Of a DNA stretch of 64,000 bases, positions 1 through 11,303 are shown in pieces. Origin of the DNA: Azolla caroliniana (Eukaryota > Plantae > Polypodiophyta); contig JBHGNT010000002.1 of the NCBI GenBank assembly GCA_043228905.1, forward strand, positions 2,294,001-2,358,000. The letters run 5' to 3'. The position numbers and the translations under genes are program-made. The first letter of the stretch is position 1. Every line of letters starts with the position of its first letter. The notes below the pieces were generated by a model, which had not been told where the DNA came from, searched no databases, and saw nothing but the letters and a program-made list of their open reading frames with translations.

Positions 1-2240
1 CACATCGACGACTGCGAGAAGGTGCTGCAAAGGCTAGAGGATGCGAGGCTCACCTTCTCGGGGGAGAAGTCAGCATTCGGGCAGTCGGAAATCATGGTGG
101 TCGGACATTTATGTGGACCATATGGCCGGAAACCGTCTCCGGCAAAGATAGAAGCCATCTCCGCGATGAAGCCCGACTGCAGCTCGGTCACGGAATTACG
201 GAGATTCCTGGGGGCATGCGCGTTCTACCACATATGGATCCCGCATTACGCACACGTTGCGGAGCCACTGTACGGGTTGCTGAAAAAGGGGCGAAGGTTC
301 GAATGGCTAGACGAGCACGCGGAATCGGTCCGGAAGCTGAAAGAGGCCCTTGCAGCGGCACCGGCACTCCGGAAGGCGGTATACGGGAAGGGTACCCCGG
401 TATTCATAACGGTGGATACCAGTCCGACCGGGATCGGATGGGTCGTGAACCAGGAAGACGAGGACGGCAATCGGTTTCCGATCCGATTCGGCGCGAAAGT
501 CCTCAGTGAACGGCAGCGAGGATACGCCCAGGTTAAACGCGAACTCTGGGGTATTGTTTCGGCGGTCAAGGCCGACAAAGACTACCTGATAGGGACAGAA
601 GTGATCATCGAGACGGATTGCCTGCCGATTCTCGGTATGGTTTCCGGATGCGCGACTCCGGACCTGGCGATGCTCAGGTGGATAGCGTACATCAAGTCCC
701 TGGACCCGGAAATACGACACATTTCCGGGAAAGACAACGCCATGGCCGACATGCTTTCGAGGGCGAGGTTCGACGACGAGGGCGGCATGGTTTCGGAAGA
801 CGAGGAAGTCGGCGTGGATTTCTTCGAGACGGCATACATAACGACCAACGGGGTGAGCACCCCGGCGCTTAACGAGTTCGACGCGAGCAAGTACGACGGG
901 GAGTGGCTGCAGATCGGCGGGTTTTGAAGACAATGACGCCCGATGCGTCATGGACGAAGGACGAGGCCAACCGGATCCGGAAGAGAGCATATCGGTTCCT
1001 TCTCCGAGATGGGCATTTGTGGAAGCACCCGAAGAAGAGGAACGGCGTCCCGCTCCGGGTGGTGGCGATGAAGGAAGAACGGGAGGAGCTACTGGCGGCC
1101 TACCACGACAGCCCTTGGGCTGGACACCGTGGAACGTGGGCGACGTTTGAGAAGCTGAAGGGGAAGTACTGGTGGCCGGGATTGTACCGGGACGTGCATC
1201 GGTTCGTGTCAACTTGCGAGAGTTGCCAGATGCACTCGATAGTCCGACACCGGGACGGGCTTCACCCTACGTACCCTCCGACTATCCACTTCAAATGGAT
1301 GGTAGATCTGGTGACAATGCCGATCGGGGTAGGACAGATGCGGTATCTGGTCCTAGCGCGGGAAGACCTGACGAACCAGGTGGAAGGCCGAGCCCTTCAG
1401 AACAAGACGACCGCGGCCGTGTGTCGGTTCCTGATTGAGGACGTGATATGCCGGTACGGGTGCGTCGGGAAGATCGTGGCTGACCGAGGGGAGTTGGACG
1501 CCGAGGAAGCCGCGGAGCTGTTCGATAGGCTGGGAGTCAAACTCTCGCTCACCACTGCGTACAACCCGGAGGCGAATGGAAAGGTGGAGCGCGGACATGG
1601 ACCAATCGTTAAGGCGCTGGTTCGGGCATGCGAAGGCCAAGTCGGTAACTGGCCGCGACTTCTACCTTATGCTTTGTGGGCCGACCGGACTACGCACAGT
1701 TCGGTAACCGGGTATATGCCGACAGAGCTCATGTTCGGCCAGAAGCCGATCATGCCGATGGAACGAACAATCTCCTCATGGGCAACGGTCGACTGGAGGA
1801 ACGAGATGAGCCGGGAGGACTTGTTGGCAGCGCGTATACGACAACTCGAACGGAGACCGGAGGACGTGGAGACGGCTGCAGAAAGGATCCGGGTGGCGAG
1901 GAAGAAGAACAAAGCCAGGTTCGACCGAACGCACCGGCTCCGACCGAAGAAAATCGAAGAAGGCGACTGGGTACTCGTCTACGATAGCAGCCTCGACAAC
2001 CAGCACCGAGCAACGCGGAAGTTCGCACGGAGATGGTTCGGGCCATACACGGTACAGAGCGCCAACGACAACGGAACGTATCATCTGGCGGAACTCGACG
2101 GTACGAGAATAGCGATACCTGTGGCCGGGAAGAGGATCAAAGCTTTCAAGAAGCGGCACGACGACGAACCCGACCCGATTCTCCTAGACAGCAGCGACGA
2201 CCGATCCGAGCCCGAGGAAGGGCCGGCAGGCGAAGAGTAA
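1..2240 (+). CDS. pol: Pol polyprotein of E1 (RT C-terminus, RNase H, integrase), split by a 1-nt frameshift at ~922-925
   Basis: ORFs 22-927 and 903-2240. Integrase HHCC (H-x6-H...CESC), core D,D(35)E (WMVDL, VADRG, NGKVER) and GPY motif (WFGPY). Adding one T to the TTTT run joins the two ORFs as ...GGF-LKTM. Confidence 0.9.
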
Positions 2241-2312
2241 AGGCGGGCCGGTTTTCTCCGTGCCAACTTAATTTGGCGCATGCCGGTGGATGCGCGGTTA
2301 GGTGGGGGCGGA

Positions 2313-3124
2313 TGTCGTGAAGAAAACCGTCCGTAGGCGGAATCGGCGCACCAAGGCGTGGGAACCGGTTCTTCACACGCGCACGCTCCAAGTTGTACAT
2401 AGAAGCGAATTAGGAGGATAATCGGCAGGAACGGGCCCTAACCCAAGTGGAGACGAAGACCGCGCGAACAGTCTTTTCGGTCGCGCGCGCGAACTGTACG
2501 AGTCGGCGGCGTAACTACGCGGATGCGTGAAAAACGGAGCGGATCCCTGTCCAAAAGGGACAGGGAATAAAGCTGACAGGACGGCCTGCTCGTCGGGCTA
2601 TATAAGGAGCAGGAAAGAGCTGTTGCAGGGATCTCCGGAGGAGAGGACGAAGTGCTGCCGAACCGATTTCGGAGCCTCTCTCTCACTCCTGCTCTCTCTG
2701 TCTTCTGCTCCATCGCGTACCTGTGCAGTTTTCGAGGAGGCTTGCGCTGTTCCGTGGAACGCCCGAGTGCGTCCTGCAGCACCTCCGACCTGTCTTCCCT
2801 TTCTGTGCGTCGCGACATACAGGGGTCGGCAGCTGTTCGCCGCCCTGTTCGTTTTCGTTAGTATCTATTTTGTGCCCCACTGTGGGTTGTAACGCTTCAG
2901 CTTGTTATTTCTTGCATTCATAAGTACATATCTCTCGTTGTTGCGTCCATCTGTGTCGGCGTTTATTTGTGATCTCTGTTTGTTGGGCCGTGTCCCTGTG
3001 CGATTGTCGGTTCTGCGCAATCGGATCCTCGGTTCTGTGTAACCGGGTCTCTCTCTTGCTCTTCGGTTCGAGACCCCTGTGGTCCCTCCTCCTTTCTACA
3101 CGCAAGGGCGTAGCAACCCCGACA
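2313..3124 (+). repeat. 3' LTR of E1 (~812 bp)
   Basis: Starts TGTCGTGAAG directly after the PPT and ends CCCCGACA. Internal TATATAAGG. Right flank is ACGTG. Confidence 0.85.
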
Positions 3125-3756
3125 ACGTGCTTCACCGTTTCCGGGGCATCTCAGAAGCACACCGGAAGCAACCGAAGGGGGAGAGAGAGAGAGAGAGAGC
3201 GTGCACGTTTAACACCGACTCGCGCACACACACTCACACACACACACAGGCCAACCCGACTCACACCCTTAAGTACAAGAAATGCAGGACAGGGGAAGCA
3301 CCCGACACCAACGAAGACGCGAATATACACAGACAGACGCAACGTATATATATATATATATAAGTTAAGAATACATTCCCGGATTCGAGCCGGACCAAGG
3401 TAGGTTACAATAGTCGTCAGCTGCCAAGCCGCCGATCGGGGAGCTCACGGGCTCGTCGCGCCGAGCGGGGGCTTGCGCAGGAGAGGAGCTGAAGCAAACC
3501 CTAAGCGAACATGAAGAAGAAGAAGAAGAAGAAACCCTAAATCTAACGGTATACCCTCTAATTCAAAATGGGCGTTACAATGTGGGATAAATCCCGACTT
3601 ACATGGGATCGTCTGTCCCAACTCGACTACTCTTCGGTGCCATAAAGGCGCCCTCGATATTCACACTAAATGTACATGGGTGCGTACACACGCTGCACCC
3701 CGCCGACGTAGCCAATGTTTCCCGGTTTCCGCCTCTGGCCGAAATTCTTCACGACA
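3125..3756 (-). mobile_element. LTR of related Gypsy E3, interrupted by E1 and itself inserted in the gag of E2
   Basis: Minus strand begins TGTCGTGAAGAATTTCGGCC at 3756, homologous to the LTR starts at 2313, 4860(-) and 5755. No PPT precedes it; E2 gag sequence abuts it instead. Confidence 0.75.
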
Positions 3757-4860
3757 CCGGTCCAACGTCGACAGCTACGTGAATCGCTTTTCGAACTCCT
3801 AGAGGAGCGCCGACATGTTCCTCCCCTTTCCAGGGCTTTCCACCCACGCCATGAAGTCCCGCCTCGACAGCCGAAGCGAGTCATCAAATCCGTACTTCTC
3901 GAGGAGCTGCAGCTCGAACTCCTCCCAAGTCTGACATCGGGCCAGCACCTCGAGCACCTCCGCGTGGATGCTCGGTGTCACCACCCAAGGGAATCCGGAC
4001 AGCCGCCTGTCCATCGGGATATCCCTCATGATCATTTCGGCCCGATAAGCCTCCAAATAACTTGTGGGATTCTTCCCACCGAATCGGCCTATGCTACCGA
4101 CGATTGATTCAATGGCTCTGTCGAGGGTACTCGTCCCCTCGCGAGCGCTCACCAGCCAGTCGACGGCTACCGCAATTGCCTCTGCTAGCTCCGATCCCCT
4201 CATCTTCCGACTCCTTTGGCGCCTGTTTCACGTCGGGTTCACCAAATATGTCGTGTTGTCACGCACTTCGCGTGCAGAAAGAGATGGGACCACGGGGGCC
4301 TTGAACCAAGGAGCAAGAGAGAGAGAGAGAGAGACCTCTAATTACAATAACAGTCGATTACAAACTCTGACGGTTACAACCGGAAAGCCGGCGATGGACC
4401 CGACACGGGGACCCTACTCACGCACACAAACGGAACACACTGGACCCAGAAAAACGTAGAAGGGAGAGCCTCTACTAGCAGCACACGGGCTACCCGCGAA
4501 GCAGAGGCATCGAACTCCCAACACCCACAGAAAATGACGATCGGAGGAGGAGAGAGAGCTCGTCACTCGATCCTGCAGCACTTCGTCCTCGCTCACGCAC
4601 CCCCCTTCCTCTTCCTTCTCTCCTTCCTTAAATAGTTCGCCAAGGGGAGACCCTCCCCCCTTGTCAAATCGCTTTATTCCCTGTCCCTTTCTGCAGAGAT
4701 ACGCACAAATCCCCTAGGAAACGTGTACTACCTAGTATTTACATTATCCGTCCTAATTATGAATTATGTACAAAATATCAATTCTCTCGTCCACCCATGT
4801 AAGAGCTGGTTCATGCACCTTTTTCTCCGATTCCGCCTATGGCCGGTTTTCTTCACGACA
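3757..4860 (-). mobile_element. Gypsy E2: 5' LTR (4860-4249), PBS and gag N-terminus
   Basis: LTR with perfect TGTCGTG...CACGACA termini, 4-nt spacer, PBS, then gag ORF 4203-3799 (GRFGGKNPTSYLEAY...WEEFELQLLEKY). Confidence 0.85.
4228..4244 (-). promoter_or_regulatory. Primer-binding site complementary to the tRNA-Trp 3' end
   Basis: Element strand reads TGGTGAACCCGACGTGA, 4 nt after the LTR end. This matches the eukaryotic tRNA-Trp 3' end ...TCACGTCGGGTTCACCA as recalled. Confidence 0.8.
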
Positions 4861-6672
4861 ACGTGATTTGTTGTTACAGGTGTGTAGGGAAAGTCATGCT
4901 CGACCATGGAGAGCTTGATGCGCAGGAAGCAGAGGAGTTGTTCGACTGGCTAGGGGTCAAGCTCTCCCTCACCATGGGCGTACACTCCAGAAGTTAACGG
5001 GAAGGTAGAACGCAGGCACGGGCTGATTGTGAAAGCTTTGGTACGGGCATGCGCGGAACGAATAGGAAACTGGCCAAGTCTCCTACCTTACGCACTATGG
5101 GTTTACTAAACTACGCACAGTTCAGTGATCGGGTATATGCGGATAGAACTTATGTTGGGGCAAAGGCCAGTTTTGCCGGTAGAGCAAACAATCTCTACAT
5201 GGATGGCGATCGATTGGTCAGAGGAGATGAGTCAGGAGGAGTTGTTGGCGGCATGGATCCGTCAACTCGACCGAAGGCCGGAGGACATAGGACGAGCAAA
5301 GACGAAATTGTACGTGGCAAGGGAGAAGAACAAGGGTTGTTTAGACCAAATCCAACGACTTAGGCCAAAAAAGATCGAGAAAGACGACTGGGTGCTAGTC
5401 TACAACACCAGCTTAGACAACCAGTATCGGTCGACCTGGAAGTTTGCAAGACGGTAGTTTGGGCCATATGTGGTGACCAACGTGAATGACAATGCAACCT
5501 ACCACCTTGCGAACCTCGACAGGACGAGGATAGCGGCACCTGTCGCGGAAAAGCGGATAAAGGCCTTCAAAAGGCGATGCGAGAAAGAACCGGCGCCGGA
5601 GATAGAAGAGGGTGAAAGCACGAACGAGGGTGAGGAGCCGAGAGAGTACCTGATCAACGACAACCCGGGAAGGGATATGTAAAGGCTGAATCGGAATCCC
5701 CAACACTTCAGTACTTGGCACATCCCGGAGGATGCGCAGTTTGGTGGGGATGGATGTCATGAAGGATTTCGGCCACAGAGGAAAACGGAGCGAGACGCGC
5801 AAGAATAGGTGTTTACATGGATGTACAAAGTTTAGCCTTTATGTATGACACATGTACTAACATTGGACTAGTAATTACTACGTAATAGGGTTAATGGGCA
5901 CTTTAAATACCGACACGAATAGAGAAGAATGTGGGAGTTTGACATTAGGTAATCGAGGAAAATCTCTATTGGAAGCGGTTGACTTGACTACCTGATGTAA
6001 TAGCTCTCTCTCTCCTTGAGCTATAAAAGGAGGGAGAGAAGATTGAGAAAGGGATCCAAGAATTAGGAGGAGGAAGTGATGTCGGATTGAGCTTCGAGTT
6101 CTTTACCTCTCTCTCTTTCTTCCCGTCTTGTGCTTTGCACCATTTCGAACAAGGAGAGGAAGTCTTTGCTCGCACTGGCAGCCCGTGTGCTCCCGACCAA
6201 GGATTCTTTGTCCTGTCTCCCTGTGTGTATGTGTGCATCTCTCCTGAGAGCGCTAAGCGTTGTTGTCGGCCAGGCCCAGTTGTACTCTTTGGATTCTCTG
6301 TTAATCATTAGTTTGTTGAGTCCCCTTTGTTAGTGTTTCTGCGTGGCTACTACTTGTCGTGTGTTGGTCGTGCTCTAAGCTCGTGTCTTATTCCTGTCCT
6401 AAATCTGTTGTATGCACGTATGAGTCTGCAAGCCTGTGGGCTTGTCGCTACTCCCCGACATCCTCACCGGGGAAAGATACACTCCCTCAGGCCGGCAAGC
6501 TGCTCCGCTCTAATCCTAGTACCGTTCTGTGTCTGATACGCGACCGGGGACTGGACCGGCATAGTTATCCGGACTGTGACACGGTTCTCCCTTCCCCCCT
6601 ATTCTGACTCCTTGGTCCGAGATCCTGGTGGTCCCGTCCTATTTCTACGCATCCACGTGGAAAACCGTGACA
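4861..6672 (+). mobile_element. Older degenerate Gypsy E4: integrase remnant (4861-5682), PPT and 3' LTR (5755-6672)
   Basis: 4861-5682 aligns by eye to E1 1441-2240 with stops and frameshifts. PPT GGTGGGGATGGA. LTR termini TGTCA...GTGACA. Confidence 0.85.
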
Positions 6673-6770
6673 ACATTCGGATTCACCAAATTTCTGTCAC
6701 AAAGTTATGTGCGTGCTTGTGAAATTAGAATGGGACCATTAGGGACATGAACCAAAGACGATAGATTGAT
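6673..6770 (-). mobile_element. Remnant of a fifth related element E5 (decayed PBS and LTR 3' end)
   Basis: ACATTCGGATTCACCAAATTTCTGTCAC...ATGGGACCA...TGAACCAA resembles the E2 PBS/LTR junction at 4229-4310. Confidence 0.55.
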
Positions 6771-8256
6771 TTGAGCCTTCTAAGTTCAGTGTTCGGGGAT
6801 GTGATGCCCACACTAGCTTCTTTTTTAGAAGTTCAATTGTATTCTATTAAAATTGTATTTGTGGGATCGTATAAACTATGAGTATGTGAGTGTTTTTATA
6901 TGTATGTCGAGTTTAGAGTGTGTGGGTATTTATCTCGAGAGGAACGTAATTAATTAATTAATAATAATATATTGTTTTACTTTTTTTATTTTAATTGTTA
7001 TTTATTTTACTATGATTATCATCATCATATTTATATTCTAATTATGTTTGTTTATTTACTTACATCTTTATTTATTTAATTATTTAAATAGACTATTATC
7101 AAATTACTTACTTGTTTTAGCTCTAATTGCCACATTGAATTTATTTACTTCGTTAAAATTATAATTACTATGATCAAATTATTATTATATAGTGGGATCG
7201 CATGCTAAACCCACAGGGCCAAACCCCTCACCTAACCCGAGTAACTATAACCAAGTTTACGGGAGTTATACCATCGTTTAGTTAGTTATATTATAGTTGA
7301 GTTAAAGGTTAGTTAGAGGTAACTAGAGGAGTAACTATAAGTATGCCAATATAACAAAAGGTATCTTGGAGTGTACTACGAAACTCTATAAAAGAGTTGA
7401 GATGTAATGGAAAATGGAAGAAGAGTTTAAGGCATTTTACACACTTTGGTGGAGAAGACATGCAACACTTAGGACACCAAATCAAGAAAGAGCTGAAACA
7501 AAACAAAACGCTACTCCAACAGATCAAACATCACCACATCAAGAAGAAGAAGCCGCAACGCTACTCCAACACAACAAGACGCAAGCATAGCAAGTCGAAA
7601 CAAACATACATCATATGGCATCCCTAATATAGAACAACGGTGCAACAGAATTCACCGAGAACACCAAGAAAACCGTCAAACTTTCCAGATAGATCAACTA
7701 ATACAAGCGGTATCTAACATCGCAATACAATCAAATTTGACTAATCAGGCCATGCTATCTTTTTTCTCTTCGTGGACAGATAAACTCGTTAATCGCCCAA
7801 ATCCATGAGTACAACCTAAATCTTTCTCTGGTCTACCATTTGAGGAAATCCTTTCTTGGCTCAATCATTTTGAAATGGTGACAAGCTATCGTCAATGGCC
7901 CGAAACATGGAAAGCACTAGAGATGCAAACTTTATTGGAGGGCAGTAACTGACAGACAGAAGCGCAGAAGCATTATAATATAGTAAAGCGTAAGAAATGT
8001 ATGTAACGATTCACGCGGGAAGTGTGACGGCTAAAGGCCCTGCATATATAAAGGGCAAAAATCCTCTGTAAGAGGTAGCGTGTAATTTTGGTGCATAGAG
8101 TATTTTTCTAATAGAACATCATCTTCTCTGATTTCTGTGCATATTTGTGGTTTTGTCTACTGTGTTCCTGGTTCTCTATTGCATACTGTTAATCGTAAGA
8201 GTGTAGGCGTAAGTGCGGATACTAGTGCACTTCCTAAGGAGTTCGGTTGTCACCGT

Positions 8257-8728
8257 TGAAGTTAAAATCGTTGTCAGCCACAACCGGTTGTACGTGTGCG
8301 GAATAATAGTCAATCTAATGGAAAGAAAAAAAACAGAATACAGAAACTGAGAATGACACAGATTTTAACGTGGAAACCCTAACTGGGGAAAAACCACGTG
8401 GAGTCGACAAACTCTAAAACAGAACACTATGAGAGAAAGGAATACAATTAGAGATCTCAGAGGCAACGACCTCGAGATCCTGCTTCGCCAACAGGCGGAT
8501 ATGGAGCTCACACGCTTCCACTCACACTCGTTCACTCTCATAGTTACAAATACAACAACCTCGTCAATAGTAACTTTACAATAACGCGCATATCTAACAT
8601 GATTGCCCTAAGTACTTATATACTAATGTAACCTTTTGACTATTTACAAATTTACCCTTCCGTGTTGGCTATCTCCATGATTTCCGGTTTCTTCTCACTT
8701 CCCATCCGGAGGGACCTGTTTCCTAACA
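8257..8728 (-). mobile_element. Solo LTR (Copia-like, 472 bp) inserted in the 5' LTR of element B
   Basis: Absent from the second LTR copy (empty site at ~10632). TG...CA termini. Degenerate 5-bp TSD ACCGT/GTCGT versus GCCAT at the empty site. Contains a GTGGTTTTTCCCC...GGGTTTCCACGT motif typical of Copia LTRs. Confidence 0.8.
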
Positions 8729-9147
8729 GTCGTCTCCCTTATACACTACTAGGATACGAGGGAGTACCCCATTACGTATTACGGTACGACGGTACCATTC
8801 CTTGCAACACAGTCACCTTGAGGTCTACGTCGAAGGACTGACCGTAGACAGTGTTCCTAATCGGTAACACATTTGGCACGCTTGGTGATCTGTGTCTTGT
8901 TGCGACGAACAACAACGAATGGATGTTTAGCCGTCGACGACCCAGAGAACCAACACGACAAGACCGACCAATCACAAGGTCCATCACACACCAGGCAGAG
9001 GAACACACAAGGCAAAAACCTCGCCTTAGTGATATCTGTCGGGACCACAAAGTCGACTTCCCGCTCACCAAATACCGCGGCGACATGCAGGAAGTTCCGT
9101 CACCACACAAGTATTGTTGTCTTCCCCTGCCCGCCGTAGCATCTAGC

Positions 9148-10260
9148 ATGGGCTTCTCTTATCCCCGCTTCAATGGCGAAACAGACGCCGCAACCCACAT
9201 TCGCCTATTCCTGAATGTTTGGAATGCGAATCACATGGCGTAGAGACTTCTAGAAGAGGTAGCGCACCAATCCAAAATGATAGAGTTTGGATTAACTCTG
9301 GATGGTAGAGCTGTGTTTTGGCATTCACAGATGGATCTGCCAGCAATCACAACCTTCGACCAACTGCAGTTGGCCTTTCTGCGTTTCTTTCATCAAAGGG
9401 TGCCGCAACGTGAAATCCTCGGGCAATTCTATACAATCAAACAGTTGCCAGCCGAGACTATCGTGGACTTTAGTTTATGATTCCAAAATCTGTGGTGGAA
9501 ATTAGAACGGGGCCCGACAGAGGACAAGGCTCGGGAGACATTTCTCACAGCTTTACGGCGACCTATACAGACGACACTCAACAACAATAGCGTGAAAGGA
9601 GAAACAACCGATATGGTCATAGAGCGAGCGTTACAGCTCGAGCTGGACGAAGAAGAGGAAGGCATTGCGGCAGTACACGAGGACCTAGTGCAGGATTATC
9701 ACACACTAGTGGACCAGCACTCCGAGGAACTCGCACAACTACTGGACGATTTCGGCGAAAGTCAGGAAGATATGTTTCACCGAATCATGCAAGCCGGCAG
9801 CACACTGCCAAGCACGGAACCCATCGCGATACCAAAAAGTGATACTGCCAAACAGGAGGAACCTCAACCTACTTGACTAGAAATAACAAGTACGGTAGGC
9901 AGCACAGGACAACGAGCGGAGCCCATCGCGATACCAAAAAGTGAGACCGCTGAACAAGAGAAACCTCAGCCCAATTCACCAGAGAGGACAACTATGGCTG
10001 GCAACACTGAGGAAGTTACGGACAGGACAGAGCCTCAGCCTACTAAGAGCCCGCAGACGGATGAGCCAGCCACAGTAGAACGGGATGAGCTAGCAGAGCC
10101 CGGTCCGCCCACACAACGAGACATTGACGCCATGGAAAGCCCCACCGAGCAAGTACAAGACATGGAACCACGCAACGACACACCTACAGACACCACGTCG
10201 TCCCCGGACCAGGACATCGGAGCGGAACCAAACATCCGGGCTATTTTGGAGGAAGAATAA
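9148..10260 (+). pseudogene. gag: Gag (Retrotrans_gag-like) with acidic Pro/Thr-rich repetitive tail; 3 in-frame stops
   Basis: ORF pieces 8851-9243, 9277-9480, 9592-9876 and 9994-10260 are all in one frame. Motifs YPRFNGETDAATHI, TLDGRAVFWH, TFDQLQLAFLRFF, IKQLPAETI. Confidence 0.75.
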
Positions 10261-11046
10261 AGGGATGGGTCCGACATGCCATGGCACTATCCCACAGGCG
10301 TGCCAGGTGTTGTCCGCCGGAATAGTAACCGACAGACAAAAGCGCAGAAGCATTATAATATAGTAAAGCGTAAGAAACGCATGTAACGGTTCATGCGAGA
10401 AGCGTGAACGGCTAAAGGCCCTGCGTATATAAAGGGCAGAAATCCTCTGTAAGAGGTAGCGTGTAATTTTGGTGCATAGAGCGTTTTTCTACTAGAACAC
10501 CATCTTCTCTAATTTCTGTGCATATCTGTGGTTTTGTCTACTATGTTCCTGGTTCTCTATTGTGTACTGTTAAAATTAAGAGTGTAGTTGTAAGTGCGGA
10601 TACTAGTGCACTTCCTAAGGAGTTCGGTTGTAGCCATCTCCCTTATACGCTACTAGGATACGAGGGAGTACCCCATTAGGTATTACGGTATGACGGTACC
10701 ATTCCTTGCAACACAGTCACCTTGAGGTCTACTTAGAAGGACTGATGGTAGACAATGTTCCTGACCATTACCCATCGCATTGTAATTATTCCTTTTTCTT
10801 AATGAAAATTAGTCTCCTTCTTAATCTCTCCCTCTCTCTAATCTAGACTATTTAGCTTATGGTTATGTTTTACCTTGTTTCTAATTATAATGTTAGTGAT
10901 TAATCCCTCATCTCTCTCTCTCTCTCTCCCTCCCCTTCCTCTATCTCTTATTATGCCTCATTTACACCAAGTTTGTCAAATGATTTGGGTGTGCTCAAAT
11001 TATTCTTGGTGTTTCTTTTCACTTTATCCCCTCTTGCACTTACTCG

Positions 11047-11168
11047 TAAACCCTTTTACCCTCTAAACCCTAAGCCCAAAACAAACACTAAACCCTAATT
11101 GTTAAACCCTAACCCTAAACCTAAACCTAAACCAAAACTCAAACCCTAATTCCTAAACCCTAAACCTT
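11047..11168 (+). repeat. Interstitial degenerate telomere-like (CCCTAAA/AAACCT) tract
   Basis: Multiple AAACCCTAA, AAACCT and variant units. Confidence 0.75.
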
Positions 11169-11303
11169 TTCTCTATAACTCTACATCTTACATATTGCAC
11201 CCACCGATTGCCTACCGTCCGCACTCCTTGTTTCGACTTCATGGTCCAATTGGTAACAACAACACTACTCCAACACAACAAGACGCAAGCATAGCAAGTC
11301 GAA

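Larger units (their letters stand above)
1..3124 (+). mobile_element. Ty3/Gypsy LTR retrotransposon E1 (3' part: pol, PPT, 3' LTR); 5' end lies outside the window
   Basis: RT thumb/RNase H (TVDTSPTGIGWV, YAQVKRELWG, NAMADMLSR) and integrase ORFs. Purine-rich tract GGTGGGGGCGGA, then an LTR with TGTCG...CGACA termini at 2313-3124. Confidence 0.95.
7945..10771 (+). mobile_element. Non-autonomous gag-only LTR element B (TR-GAG-like); 5' LTR truncated on the left
   Basis: Direct repeats 7945-8869 (excluding the nested solo LTR) and ~10324-10771. PBS-like TGGCACGCTTGGTG at 8874 (tRNA-Arg type). Single internal reading frame with a retrotransposon gag domain and no pol. Confidence 0.75.

Noticed and set aside
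920-927. Programmed frameshift between RNase H and integrase
   Set aside because: No precedent at this position and no stimulatory structure seen. A 1-nt deletion or sequencing error is simpler.
111-2923. Many overlapping alternative-frame and antisense ORFs in E1
   Set aside because: Expected shadows of GC-rich coding and LTR sequence, with no motifs.
4228-4244. tRNA-Trp gene
   Set aside because: Only 17 nt including CCA, next to an LTR. It is a PBS, not a gene.
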